Below are positions 1 through 9,413 of a stretch of DNA of 64,000 nt, piece after piece; within the stretch, counting starts at the first letter, position 1; the number at the start of each line of letters is the position of its first letter. A program made the position numbers and the translations under genes. Under the pieces are notes generated by a model. It worked only from the letters and a program-made list of their open reading frames with translations, searched no databases and had not been told where the DNA came from. This DNA is from an uncultured Trueperaceae bacterium (GTDB taxonomy: Bacteria > Deinococcota > Deinococci > Deinococcales > Trueperaceae). Location: positions 160,001 to 224,000 of the forward strand of contig CAVSGP010000005.1 of NCBI GenBank assembly GCA_963727505.1, read 5' to 3'.

Positions 1-1
1 G

Positions 2-295
2 ACGCCGCTGCTCACGCACGGCACGGAGTTCCAGGAGCGCGTCTGGCAGGAGCTCCGCACCGTGCCCTACGGCTCCACCCGGAGCTACGGCGAGCAGGCA
101 GCTCGTATCGGCGCGCCCAAGGCGGTGCGCGCCGTGGCCCGGGCCAACGGCGACAACCGGGTGGCCATCGTCGTCCCCTGCCACCGCGTCATCGGCGCCG
201 ACGGGAAGCTGGTGGGCTACGGCGGCGGCCTCTGGCGCAAGCGCTACCTGCTGGAGCTGGAACGGCGGGCAGCCAGCACGCTCAACGGCAGGTAG
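2..295 (+). CDS. ogt: Methylated-DNA--protein-cysteine methyltransferase, C-terminal part (5' end outside window; could be an Ada fusion)
   Basis: Open frame from window start: [18 protein letters not shown]...[10 protein letters not shown]...PCHRV active-site motif, GYGGGL. Confidence 0.9.
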   Translation, partial: TPLLTHGTEFQERVWQELRTVPYGSTRSYGEQAARIGAPKAVRAVARANGDNRVAIVVPCHRVIGADGKLVGYGGGLWRKRYLLELERRAASTLNGR

Positions 296-1200
296 CACGA
301 CACGATCCAGTTGGGGGCGTCGACCACCTCGCTGATCTTCAGGTCGGCCGCCACGCTGCACAGCACGTACGCCTTCTCGCGCGTCAGGCCGTGGTTCTCC
401 GCCAGCCAGGCCACCATGTCGCGGACCGCCGTGCGGGCGTTCTCGTAGAGGTCGGGGCCGTGTGCCGTGGTGGCGAAATAACCGGCGCTGTCGGCGCGGG
501 TGAGGGGGCTGGGCGTTGTGAACTGCAGCTCGCGTACGGCCAGGTCCTTGCGCACGTGGAAGCGCAGGGTCACCGTCATCGGCGCTTCGATGCCCGTCCC
601 GCACACCTCGCCGTCACCCTGCGCGGCGTGGCAGTCACCGGTGGAGAAGAGCGCGCCCGGCGCCAGCACCGGGAAATAGCCGGTGGCGCCCACGGTGAGC
701 CCGCGGATGTCGATGTTGCCGGCGTTGGCGCGCGGGGGTGCGGTGATCAGCCGGCCGGCATCGGCCGGCGCCACGCCCATCACCCCGCAGAACGGTTCGA
801 AGGGGACCCTCACGGCGTCGGAGTCGCGGAAGCGGCAGGTGTCGCCGTCCAGCGTCCAGTGCTGCAGGTAGGGGGCGTCGAACTCGTCGGGGATGAGTCC
901 GATGCCGCGAGGTTTGAACGCGGTCCAGCCCCAGCCGTGATGCTTCAGCTCGAGGATCTCGACCTCGAGCGTGTCGCCTGGCTCCGCGCCCGCCACGAAG
1001 ACCGGCCCGGTCAAGGCGTGCGCCCGTGAGGCGTCGAAGGTCGCGTAGGCGTTCGCGTTCGACGCCGGCGTCACCTGGGCGTCGCTGGCGTCCTTGCATA
1101 CGAAGGTGACGGTGTCCCCCGAGGCGATCTCCAGCCGTGCGGGGTAGTCGCGGTCCCAGAAGGCGTGGACGACGCTGTCGTCGAGGTGGTGCTCGGCCAC
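244..1200 (-). CDS. Acetamidase/formamidase family protein
   Basis: [27 protein letters not shown] and [18 protein letters not shown] motifs; GTG at 1200 preceded by AGAGGAG RBS. Confidence 0.9.
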   Translation of the reverse strand: MAEHHLDDSVVHAFWDRDYPARLEIASGDTVTFVCKDASDAQVTPASNANAYATFDASRAHALTGPVFVAGAEPGDTLEVEILELKHHGWGWTAFKPRGIGLIPDEFDAPYLQHWTLDGDTCRFRDSDAVRVPFEPFCGVMGVAPADAGRLITAPPRANAGNIDIRGLTVGATGYFPVLAPGALFSTGDCHAAQGDGEVCGTGIEAPMTVTLRFHVRKDLAVRELQFTTPSPLTRADSAGYFATTAHGPDLYENARTAVRDMVAWLAENHGLTREKAYVLCSVAADLKISEVVDAPNWIVSCYLPLSVLAARRSSSSR

Positions 1201-1294
1201 GGTGAGGCTCCTCTGTGCCCGGAGGCATCTTCGGGCGCTCCGGAGGGGACGGCGCCCGCGGGACGCCATGGCTCACGATACCGGCCGACCGGGC

Positions 1295-2038
1295 TCAGCG
1301 CAGCCGCTTGCCCATCCACACGGCGCGACCGTCCTGTCCTTCGCCGAGAGGGATGAAGCCGAGGTGCTCGTAGAAGCCGATGGCCCGCGCGTTGGCCACC
1401 GCCACCCCCAGGTGCACGCCCGCGGAGCCGTCCCGTCGAAGGGCCTCGAGCAGGCGTTCCATCAGCTCCCTGCCGTGGCCGCGACCCTGGGCGGTGGGGA
1501 GCAGATCGACGTGCAGATGCGACGGATAGGACCGGAACGCCTCGGGCAGGATGCGCGGGAAAGCCTCGTCGGGATGGTGCAGCAGGTGCATCAGGCGGTG
1601 ATCGGGCGTCCAGACCGCCGGGTCGCCGTCCGGGTCGGGATAGCGGTGCTGCAGTGGCGGCAGCCAGCGTGTGCGGACGAGGGCGTGGAAGGCGAGCGTG
1701 TCGAGAGCGGCGACGGCGTAGCCGGCCACGCTGGCACGCAGGCTCGCAGCCACGCTGCCGACCCCGGTGCCGCCGTCCACGACGCCGCCGTCCACGACGC
1801 TGCCGTCCACGACGCCGCCGACCGCCAACGGGCCACCCGCCTCCTCGAGCACGAGCACGTGCTCGGGTTCGAGCGCGGCGTACGGGCCTACGTACAGGTG
1901 GCCGAGCAGCTCCGGGTCGTCGTGGAGTGCGCTGGCGTCCGCGCCTGCGTCGCCCGTCGCCAGGCACACCTGGTAGAGGCCGACGACGTCGTCCGGCTGG
2001 AAGGCGCGGACGTGGTGGTCCCGAGCCGCCTCGCTCAC
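1295..2038 (-). CDS. GNAT acetyltransferase resembling the O-GlcNAcase-associated HAT-like domain
   Basis: YPSHLHVDLLP, QGRGHG acetyl-CoA motif, NARAIGFYEHLGF; GTG start overlaps upstream TGA (GTGA, 2035-2038). Confidence 0.85.
   Translation of the reverse strand: MSEAARDHHVRAFQPDDVVGLYQVCLATGDAGADASALHDDPELLGHLYVGPYAALEPEHVLVLEEAGGPLAVGGVVDGSVVDGGVVDGGTGVGSVAASLRASVAGYAVAALDTLAFHALVRTRWLPPLQHRYPDPDGDPAVWTPDHRLMHLLHHPDEAFPRILPEAFRSYPSHLHVDLLPTAQGRGHGRELMERLLEALRRDGSAGVHLGVAVANARAIGFYEHLGFIPLGEGQDGRAVWMGKRLR
1769..1820. repeat. In-frame 15-nt tandem repeat (GCCGCCGTCCACGAC x3.5) inside the GNAT gene
   Basis: Directly visible; encodes VVDGS-VVDGG-VVDGG on the minus strand. Confidence 0.95.
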
Positions 2039-3393
2039 CGGTGGACGTCCCGCCGGCTCGCCGCGCCGCGGATGGGCGGTGCCGGCTCGGGCAGCATGCG
2101 CCGCAGCGTGCCGGCGAAACCGCGCCCGTAGGTGTTGTCGACGCCGTCGCGCGGAGGCTCGGGCGCGCGCCCCTCGCGACGGGCCGCCAGGCGCCGCGCG
2201 GCGCGCACAGCCTCGGCCAGCACGTCCTGCACGTAGGGGCGGAGGCTCACCACCAGCTCCCGATCGCGCAACCACGACAGCCGGCCGGCGAGGTCGGCGA
2301 GCCGCGCCACGGTCCCCGCCACGGCGTCGAAGGTCGCGCCCCAGTCGGCGGGCGGGGTCGCCAGCAGGGTGCCCACGTCGTCGAGGAATGCGCGTGCCGC
2401 CGGACCGTGCTCGAACGGCAGGTACAGGAAGTCGGCCAGGAAGGCCAGGTCGTCGGGGGTGGGGGGTTCGTGGCCGAGTGGCTCGAGCGCGCTCGCCCAG
2501 TCACCGATGGCCTCCAGGAAGGCGGCACGGGGTTCGAAGGCGTCGTCGTGCAGGTAGGCGGCGAGGGTCGCGAGCGGGACGGTGTCGGCGGCGAGCTCGC
2601 CGTTGGGATTGAGGAGGATGCCCGCGACCTCGTCGCGCAGGGCCGCGGGGCGTCCCTGGTAGGGGCCGAGGTAGACGCTTCCCAGGTCGTAGTCGTTGGC
2701 GTGGAGGTTGTCCCACAGCAGCGGCTTGCGTCGCAGCGTGCGTGCCACCTCGCGCACGCCTGCGGCGTCGATCGTCTCGGAGACGACGTCCGGACCGGTC
2801 CAGAAGACCTCGATGTCGGGGTCGAGGCGCTCGCCGAGCTCACCCAGGTAGGGGCTCTCGCCCACGCCGGGGCGCGCCATGGCGCCGCAGTAGTCGGTGG
2901 GGCAGAACAGCAACGTCCCGCCGCCCGCCGCCTGGAGCTGCGCATGGATCCGGTTGGCGGCGTCGGCCTGGGCGGCGGCCAGGCTGCCGAAGCGGATGGC
3001 GTCCGCGTCGCGGAGCGTGCGCGGCACGTCGTCGAACAGCAGCGCAACGGTGTGCACGCCCAGGGCGAGCGCCTGCGCCACCTTGCCCTGCAGCGCCGCC
3101 GCGTCCGCGTCGTCGGTGAAGCGCAGGTCGAGGCCGGGAGCCAGGGCGTAGGCGAAGGTCACACCCTCAGCGGCGGCTCCCTCCACCAGCCTCGCCAGCT
3201 CCGTTCGCTCGGTGGCGTCGTACGGTTCGCGCCAGAGCAGGCGGTGCTTGAGGTCGTCCTTGGGTGCAAAGAGGTAGGTGCCGAGTCGCCACGCGCGCAT
3301 CCGCGCGAACAGCGCCAGGCGCTGAGCCTCGCTCCAGGGGCGGCCGTAGAAGCCCTCGATCACGCCACCGCGGATGACCGCGTCGTCGCTCAT
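2035..3393 (-). CDS. GH84 O-GlcNAcase / beta-N-acetylglucosaminidase (cytoplasmic)
   Basis: GVIEGFYGRPW, YLFAPKDD, catalytic LLFDD, FCPTDY, FWTG, LWDNLHANDY motifs; no signal peptide; GGAGG RBS. Confidence 0.9.
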   Translation of the reverse strand: MSDDAVIRGGVIEGFYGRPWSEAQRLALFARMRAWRLGTYLFAPKDDLKHRLLWREPYDATERTELARLVEGAAAEGVTFAYALAPGLDLRFTDDADAAALQGKVAQALALGVHTVALLFDDVPRTLRDADAIRFGSLAAAQADAANRIHAQLQAAGGGTLLFCPTDYCGAMARPGVGESPYLGELGERLDPDIEVFWTGPDVVSETIDAAGVREVARTLRRKPLLWDNLHANDYDLGSVYLGPYQGRPAALRDEVAGILLNPNGELAADTVPLATLAAYLHDDAFEPRAAFLEAIGDWASALEPLGHEPPTPDDLAFLADFLYLPFEHGPAARAFLDDVGTLLATPPADWGATFDAVAGTVARLADLAGRLSWLRDRELVVSLRPYVQDVLAEAVRAARRLAARREGRAPEPPRDGVDNTYGRGFAGTLRRMLPEPAPPIRGAASRRDVHR

Positions 3394-3527
3394 GTCCGCC
3401 TCCCTCGCCGCGTGCCGCGGCCCGGATCCCAGGATAGGGGCCGCACGCCGTCGGGCGGGGGGCGGATGTCTCTGGTGTGCCGCACGCCGACCCCCGCACC
3501 CTCGAAGGCGGGAGAACGGGAGTCACG

Positions 3528-5108
3528 ATGGCACGACGTTCACGGAAGAGGAACGGGACAGAGGGACGGGCCGCCGGTCGGGCGCGCGTGAACGCGGTGC
3601 CTGTGAGGGGCCGGCGGGCCGTGACGGCGCTCGCAGCCCTGGTGGTGCCGGCGCTGACGGGCTGGGGTGTCGGCGTCTGGCTGCCGCGAGGGCCTGTGAC
3701 GTCTTCGCAGGCGCTGGCTTTGCTCGGCGTGGCGCTCGTGCTGGGGTTCGTGGCCGGCGCAGGCATGCGCTCGCGGTGGGCGATGCTGAGCGCGCCGCTG
3801 GCGTTCTTCGCTGCCTTCGAGCTGGCGCGGCTGTCCGCGGTCGGGCCCACCGTGGACGGCATCCACCTTGGCACCCCCTACGGGGCGCTGGCCTTCCTGC
3901 TGGGGCGCGGGGTGCTCGGCGTTCTGGTGCTGGTGCCGATGCTGCTAGGTGCGAACCTGGGGGTCGCCCTGGCGTGGCGGCGAAGCGGTCACCACACGGG
4001 TCGTGGCCGCCCGGTGCGCCGCGCGATCGGCTGGAGCGCGAGCGCGCTCGCCGGAGCGGGGGTGTTGGTTCTGGCCTTCCTGCTGGCACGGCCCGCGTCC
4101 ACGCCTGCGATCGTGGGGGCCGACGGCGCCCCGTTGCCTGGGAGCGTAGCGGCACTCGAGCCGGTCATTCTCGGCGGGCAGGAGCAGTGGATCCTGGTCC
4201 GCGGCGTCAGCCGCGACGCCCCGGTGCTGCTCTACCTGGCGGGCGGCCCGGGGCAGAGCGATCTGCCGTACGCGCGGGTGCTGCTCGCGGACCTTGTGCA
4301 GGACTTCGTGGTCGTGTCGTGGGATCAGCGTGGCACCGGCAAGTCCTACCCGGCGCTCGAGCCGACCGCCACGCTCACGCCGGACCGTGCCGTGTCCGAC
4401 CTGATCGAGCTCACCGAGATCCTTCGTGCGCGCTTCGGAGAGGAGCGCATCTACCTGCTCGGCGAGTCCTGGGGCAGCACCCTGGCGGTGCTGGCCGCCC
4501 AGCGCCGGCCCGAGCTCTACCACGCCGTGCTCGGCAGCGGTCAGATGGTCAGTCAGCGCGAGACCGACCGCCGCCTCTACCGTGACGTCCTTGCCCATGC
4601 CGCGGCCACCGGCGACGAAGCGCTGACCCGGCGCATGCAGGCGTACGGCGAGCCGCCCTACGACAGCGTCTACGCCTACGGCACGGTGATGGGCCTCTAC
4701 GACGCGCTCGCCGGCGACTACACCCCGCCGGCCGCCTACCGCGAGCGGGGTCGCGACGCCCACCTCGGCTTCATGGGCGTGGGTGGCAGCGAGTACGACC
4801 TGATCGACAAGGTCAACGTCTTGCGCGGCCTGCTCGACATGTTCTCGGTGCTCTACCCCCAGCTCCAGCAGGTCGACTTCCGCCGTGACGTGCCGCGCCT
4901 CGAGGTACCGCTCTACGTCTTCGACGGCGGCCACGAGCTGGCCGCCCGGCGTGACCTTGCCCGCGTCTGGTTCGAGCAGCTGGACGCCCCCATCAAGCGC
5001 CTCTACACCTTCGAGGACGGCGGCCACTCGGTCGCATTCGAGCACTTCCAGGACCTGCACCGGATCCTGGTGGAGACGGTGCTGCCGGAGACCTACGTGC
5101 AGCGCTGA
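3528..5108 (+). CDS. Membrane-anchored alpha/beta hydrolase (proline iminopeptidase-like)
   Basis: Several N-terminal hydrophobic helices; YLAGGPG, WDQRGTGKS, GESWG nucleophile, C-terminal GGH; start approximate. Confidence 0.8.
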   Translation: MARRSRKRNGTEGRAAGRARVNAVPVRGRRAVTALAALVVPALTGWGVGVWLPRGPVTSSQALALLGVALVLGFVAGAGMRSRWAMLSAPLAFFAAFELARLSAVGPTVDGIHLGTPYGALAFLLGRGVLGVLVLVPMLLGANLGVALAWRRSGHHTGRGRPVRRAIGWSASALAGAGVLVLAFLLARPASTPAIVGADGAPLPGSVAALEPVILGGQEQWILVRGVSRDAPVLLYLAGGPGQSDLPYARVLLADLVQDFVVVSWDQRGTGKSYPALEPTATLTPDRAVSDLIELTEILRARFGEERIYLLGESWGSTLAVLAAQRRPELYHAVLGSGQMVSQRETDRRLYRDVLAHAAATGDEALTRRMQAYGEPPYDSVYAYGTVMGLYDALAGDYTPPAAYRERGRDAHLGFMGVGGSEYDLIDKVNVLRGLLDMFSVLYPQLQQVDFRRDVPRLEVPLYVFDGGHELAARRDLARVWFEQLDAPIKRLYTFEDGGHSVAFEHFQDLHRILVETVLPETYVQR

Positions 5109-5115
5109 AGACGGC

Positions 5116-5934
5116 TCAGCACCGCCGGGCGTTCGCCCGGATGGCCGCCGCCACGTAGCTCGCCAGCCCCTTGGAACGGTCGTCGTAGTGCTTCGCGAAG
5201 CGGGGGTCTGCCTCGTACAGATCGGCCAGGCCGACATGCATGACCGGGCTGCAGCCGTAGTACCAGCGGGTGATGTGCTGCCGGTGGGCCTCGGCGGCGT
5301 CCATGGCCGCGGCGGCGTCCGCCGGCACGCCGGCGGCTTGTTCGTCGGCGAAGCGCTGCTCGATGGCCTCTGCCTCCTGGCGGACGGCCAACCATTCGGC
5401 CTTGCCGTAGCGCCGGGTGCGCGCCCGGCTCTGCCGGTAGGCCTCGCTGCCGCCCCAGCGTTCCTCGGCCTCGGCGGCGTGTTCGGTCGGATCGAAATCG
5501 CCGAACACCTCGAGCATCTCCTTCGGATCCAGGTCGATCCCCATCTGGTGGGCCTCCATCGTCTTCTGTAGGCTGGAGCGCATCGCCTCCAGGCGCTCCA
5601 TGCGGGCGTCGAGCAGCGTCGCCTGGCGGCGCAGGTGCTCGATGCGGTCGGTGGCGGGGTCGTCGAGCAGCGCGCCGATGGTGGCCAGCTCGAAGCCCAG
5701 CTCGCGGTACGCCAGGATGCGCTGCAGGCGCTCGAGGGCTTGCGGCCCGTAGGCGCGGTAACCGTTGTCGCCCCTGTACGCCGGCGTCAAGATCGCGATG
5801 GCGTCGTAGTGGTGCAGCGTGCGCACGCTCACTCCGGCGAGCCGGGCGACGTCGCCGACGGTGTAGTGAACGTCGGGTCGAGGGGCTCGCTGCGTCTCGT
5901 TGTGCCGCGGGTTCGACGGGTCGGTACGGCGCAT
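5116..5934 (-). CDS. tipA: MerR-family TipA-like regulator with TipAS antibiotic-recognition domain
   Basis: YTVGDVARLAGVSVRTLHHYD HTH; MGIDLDPKEMLEVFGDFDP...EERWG TipAS start; GGAGG RBS. Confidence 0.88.
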   Translation of the reverse strand: MRRTDPSNPRHNETQRAPRPDVHYTVGDVARLAGVSVRTLHHYDAIAILTPAYRGDNGYRAYGPQALERLQRILAYRELGFELATIGALLDDPATDRIEHLRRQATLLDARMERLEAMRSSLQKTMEAHQMGIDLDPKEMLEVFGDFDPTEHAAEAEERWGGSEAYRQSRARTRRYGKAEWLAVRQEAEAIEQRFADEQAAGVPADAAAAMDAAEAHRQHITRWYYGCSPVMHVGLADLYEADPRFAKHYDDRSKGLASYVAAAIRANARRC

Positions 5935-5960
5935 GGCGTCACGCCTCCTTTCCGAAGCGT

Positions 5961-5991
5961 AGCCTAGACCCTCACGGAACGTGAGGGTCAA
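5961..5991 (-). promoter_or_regulatory. MerR-type promoter TTGACC-N19-TAGGCT with dyad operator
   Basis: 19-bp spacer; perfect 10-bp inverted repeat GACCCTCACG-GAA-CGTGAGGGTC at 5967-5989. Confidence 0.85.
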
Positions 5992-6161
5992 GCGGCCGTG
6001 GACCGCCCGAGGCGCCGGCCCGTTCGTGCCCCCGCCAACGGCGTCGGCTCCCGGGACCACGCCGGCCCGCGCCCATCCCGCGTCGTTGCCGCGCCGGCAC
6101 CGACCCGAACGAACCGACCCGTACAATGGGTCCGACGCTTGACCGGGAGACGGAGCCGAGC

Positions 6162-7784
6162 ATGGACGCCGAGAGCCTTCTCGAACGCGGCCGCACGGCG
6201 TACGGTCGCCAGCAGTGGGGGGAAGCCTACCGCTGCCTATCGGAGGCCGACCGCACCCTCGACCTAGCGGGCGAGGACCTGTGGCGCCTGGCGTTCGCCT
6301 CGGAGCTCGTCGGCCGGCCGAACGACCTGGTCGATGCGCTCGACCGCGCGCACCGTCGCTTCCTGGACGCCGGCGACCTGCCGGCGGCGGCCCGTTGCGC
6401 GTTCTGGTGCGGCTTCCGGCTCCTGGCACTGGGCGAGGTCGGGCCGGGGTCCGGGTGGCTCCGGCGCGCTCGCCGCTTCGTCGACCGCCATGGGCGCGCG
6501 TGCGTCGAGCAGGGGTATCTGATGCTCGCTGACGTTCAGCGACTCCTGGGAGCGAGCGATCTCGACACGGCCTTCGCCACCGCGGCCGAAGCTGCGGAGG
6601 TCGGCGAGCGCTTCGGCGACGCCGACCTGCACGCCTTCGCGCTCCATGCTCAGGGCATCGCACGCTTGCGTCAGACACGGCTGGCCGAAGGGCTGGCGTT
6701 GGTCGACGAGGCGATGGTCGCCGTCGTCACCCAGGCGACCATGCCGGTCATGACCGGGATCATCTACTGCTCCGTGATCTCCGCGTGTCACAACGTGTAC
6801 GCCCTGCGTCGCGCCCAGGAGTGGACCGAGGCGCTGGCGGCCTGGTGCGGCCGTCAGCCGGATCTCGTCCCGTTCGCGGGCAAGTGCATGGTGTACAGGG
6901 CGGAGATCGCGCAGCTGCGCGGGGCGTGGCCGGAGGCTCTCGAGGAGGCGCGGCTGGCCGTGGAACGGTGCGAACGCGGCTCCGAGGCCGACGGGGTGGC
7001 CGAGGCGGTCTATCAGCAGGGCGAGATCCACCGATTGCGCGGAACCTTCGCCGAGGCCGAGCGCGCCTATCACGAGGCCGCCCGACTCGGGCGGGATCCC
7101 CAGCCTGGTCTGGGTCTCTTGAGGCTTGCGCAGGGGAGGCGCGGTACGGCCGTCGCAGGGCTTCGTCGGGCGTTGCGCGAGCATCGGGATCGAACCCGGC
7201 GGGTGCGCATCCTCCCCGCGCTGATCGAGGCGCTGCTCGCCGCCGACGAACTGGATGCGGCGAGGGTGGCACTCGACGAGCTCGAGAGCACGGCGAAGGC
7301 CTACGAGGGGAGCGCGTTGACGACGGTCGCGGCGTACGGGCGCGGCGCGGTCGCGTTGGCCTCGGGCGACGCGCCGGCGGCCCTGGAAGCGCTACGCCAC
7401 GCCTGGCGTGGATGGCACGCCCTGGAGGCGCCCTACGAGGCCGCCCGCACGCGGGAGCTGGTGGCCCGTGCCTGCGCGGACCTGCAGGACGCCGAGACGG
7501 CGGCCCTCGAGCTCGAGGCCGCCCGCGAGGCCTACCGGCAGCTGGGCGCGGTCGTCGATCTGGAGCGACTGGAGGGGACGCCGGGCTCGCGCGCCGGCCT
7601 CACCGCGCGAGAGCTGGAGGTGCTCCGGTTGGTGGCGGTGGGCCACTCCAACAAGGCGATCGCGGGACGACTGGGCGTCAGCGGGCGCACCGTCGAACGG
7701 CATCTCAGCAACATCTTCGACAAGCTGGACGTGTCCTCTCGGTCCGCGGCGACGGCCTACGCCTTCGAGAACGGCCTCGCCTGA
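6162..7784 (+). CDS. TPR-like plus C-terminal LuxR HTH transcriptional regulator
   Basis: LTARELEVLRLVAVGHSNKAIAGRLGVSGRTVERHLSNIFDKL; helical repeats upstream; TACAAT -10 at 6122-6127. Confidence 0.88.
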   Translation: MDAESLLERGRTAYGRQQWGEAYRCLSEADRTLDLAGEDLWRLAFASELVGRPNDLVDALDRAHRRFLDAGDLPAAARCAFWCGFRLLALGEVGPGSGWLRRARRFVDRHGRACVEQGYLMLADVQRLLGASDLDTAFATAAEAAEVGERFGDADLHAFALHAQGIARLRQTRLAEGLALVDEAMVAVVTQATMPVMTGIIYCSVISACHNVYALRRAQEWTEALAAWCGRQPDLVPFAGKCMVYRAEIAQLRGAWPEALEEARLAVERCERGSEADGVAEAVYQQGEIHRLRGTFAEAERAYHEAARLGRDPQPGLGLLRLAQGRRGTAVAGLRRALREHRDRTRRVRILPALIEALLAADELDAARVALDELESTAKAYEGSALTTVAAYGRGAVALASGDAPAALEALRHAWRGWHALEAPYEAARTRELVARACADLQDAETAALELEAAREAYRQLGAVVDLERLEGTPGSRAGLTARELEVLRLVAVGHSNKAIAGRLGVSGRTVERHLSNIFDKLDVSSRSAATAYAFENGLA

Positions 7785-7919
7785 ACCGACGTTACGGGAA
7801 ACCCCCATATCGGCTCGGGGCCCTGCGTGGTTCCACCGATGCGGCACCGCGCCGTCGGGCCCTAGCGTGACCCCGAGCGGGGCCGGCCGGCGGTCGGCGC
7901 TCGCCGAGGAGGCGCGTCG

Positions 7920-9413
7920 ATGGAACGCATCGTGGAGTGGGAAAGGAAGCGAGGGAACCGTCTCGAGCACGCCCTGGTGCTGGGTGGGGGCATGGCCGGT
8001 CTCTGTGCGGCCGCCGCGCTGGCCGAGCGAGCCGCGCGCGTCACCGTGGTGGAGCGCGACGTCCTCGCCCGCGTGGACGAGCCCCGCAAGGGGGTGCCAC
8101 AGGGGCGTCACCTGCACCTGTTGTTGCCCGCGGGGTTGGGGGCGTTGAACGCCCTCATCCCGGGACTCGAGGAGCGACTTCGGCTGGCCGATGCTCAGCT
8201 GCTCGACGCGGCAGCGGACTTCGCCATCCACGTGGACGGCGGCCGGCTGGCCCTGGCAGGGAGGAGCCCGGCCTTCCGCCTGGTGGGGGCCACCCGGCCG
8301 CTGGTCGAGGGGCTCGTGCGCGAGCGCGTGCGGTCCCTCCCGAACGTTCACCTTCGCGGCGGCCATGAGGTGCTGGGGCTGAGCGCCATCAGCGGCGGGC
8401 GCAGCGTCGACGGCGCGCTGGTCCGCCGCGCCCGGACGGACGATGCCGGGGAGCGGGTGGCGGCCGATCTGGTGGTCGATGCCACGGGTCGCGGCTCCCG
8501 TGCGCCGCGATGGCTCCGGGAGTTCGGATTCCGGCCCCCCACCGAGGAGCGCGTGCAGGTGGACGTGCGCTACACCACACGGCTGTTCCGGCGAGACCCT
8601 GCGGCGGGCCCCCGGCCCCGAGTCGTGATGGTCGCGATGCCGCCGGGAGGCCGTCGCGGCGCCGTGGCGCTCGCGGTCGAGGGCGACCGCTGGCAGGTGG
8701 TCCTCGCGGGGATCCTCGGCGAGCAGGCGCCGGGCGACCTGGAGGGCTTCCGAGCGTACGCCCGTTCGCTGTGGTGTGGCGATGTGGCCGACCTGATCGA
8801 CGATGCCGAACCGATCGGAGACGCCGTCACGGGCGCTTACCCCGCCAACACCCGGCGTCGCTACGACCGGCTGCGGCGCTTCCCGGAAAGCTTCGTGGTG
8901 ATCGGCGACGCGCTCTGCCCGCTCAATCCCCTCTACGCGCAGGGGATGAGCGTGGCGGCGCTGGAAGGGCTGGCGCTGGGGCGCGCGCTCGACGCTGTAG
9001 GCACCCGCAGGATCGGGCCGGCGTTCTTCCGTGCCACCCGAGGGCTCGTGGGGGGGTGCTGGACGCAGGCGGTGGACCAGGACCTGCGTCACCCGGACGT
9101 GCGAGGGCGCCGTTCGCTCCGCTGGCGTTTGCTCGGAGCGTACAGCGACCGCGTGACGCGGACCGCGCACCGGGATCCGGTCGTGGCGCGCGCCCTCTTC
9201 GAGGTCATGTGCCTCGTCGAGCCGGGGCCGAGCCTGATGCGCCCGCGCATCCTGCGCCGCGCCCTGTCTCGGCAAGGCGCGGCCGAGAGAGTGTCCGGCA
9301 CGACCCGGGGAGGGGCCCTGCCGCCGCAGTCTCGAGTCTCCGTGACGGTGCCGGCTCCCGACGCCCGCCCTACGTTCGGAGCGGAAGAACGCACCAAGGG
9401 GGAGAGCGCATGA
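7920..9413 (+). CDS. FAD-dependent oxidoreductase/monooxygenase
   Basis: VLGGGMAGL Rossmann motif, VVDATGRGS, IGDALCPLNPLYAQGMS; GAGGAGG RBS. Confidence 0.85.
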   Translation: MERIVEWERKRGNRLEHALVLGGGMAGLCAAAALAERAARVTVVERDVLARVDEPRKGVPQGRHLHLLLPAGLGALNALIPGLEERLRLADAQLLDAAADFAIHVDGGRLALAGRSPAFRLVGATRPLVEGLVRERVRSLPNVHLRGGHEVLGLSAISGGRSVDGALVRRARTDDAGERVAADLVVDATGRGSRAPRWLREFGFRPPTEERVQVDVRYTTRLFRRDPAAGPRPRVVMVAMPPGGRRGAVALAVEGDRWQVVLAGILGEQAPGDLEGFRAYARSLWCGDVADLIDDAEPIGDAVTGAYPANTRRRYDRLRRFPESFVVIGDALCPLNPLYAQGMSVAALEGLALGRALDAVGTRRIGPAFFRATRGLVGGCWTQAVDQDLRHPDVRGRRSLRWRLLGAYSDRVTRTAHRDPVVARALFEVMCLVEPGPSLMRPRILRRALSRQGAAERVSGTTRGGALPPQSRVSVTVPAPDARPTFGAEERTKGESA

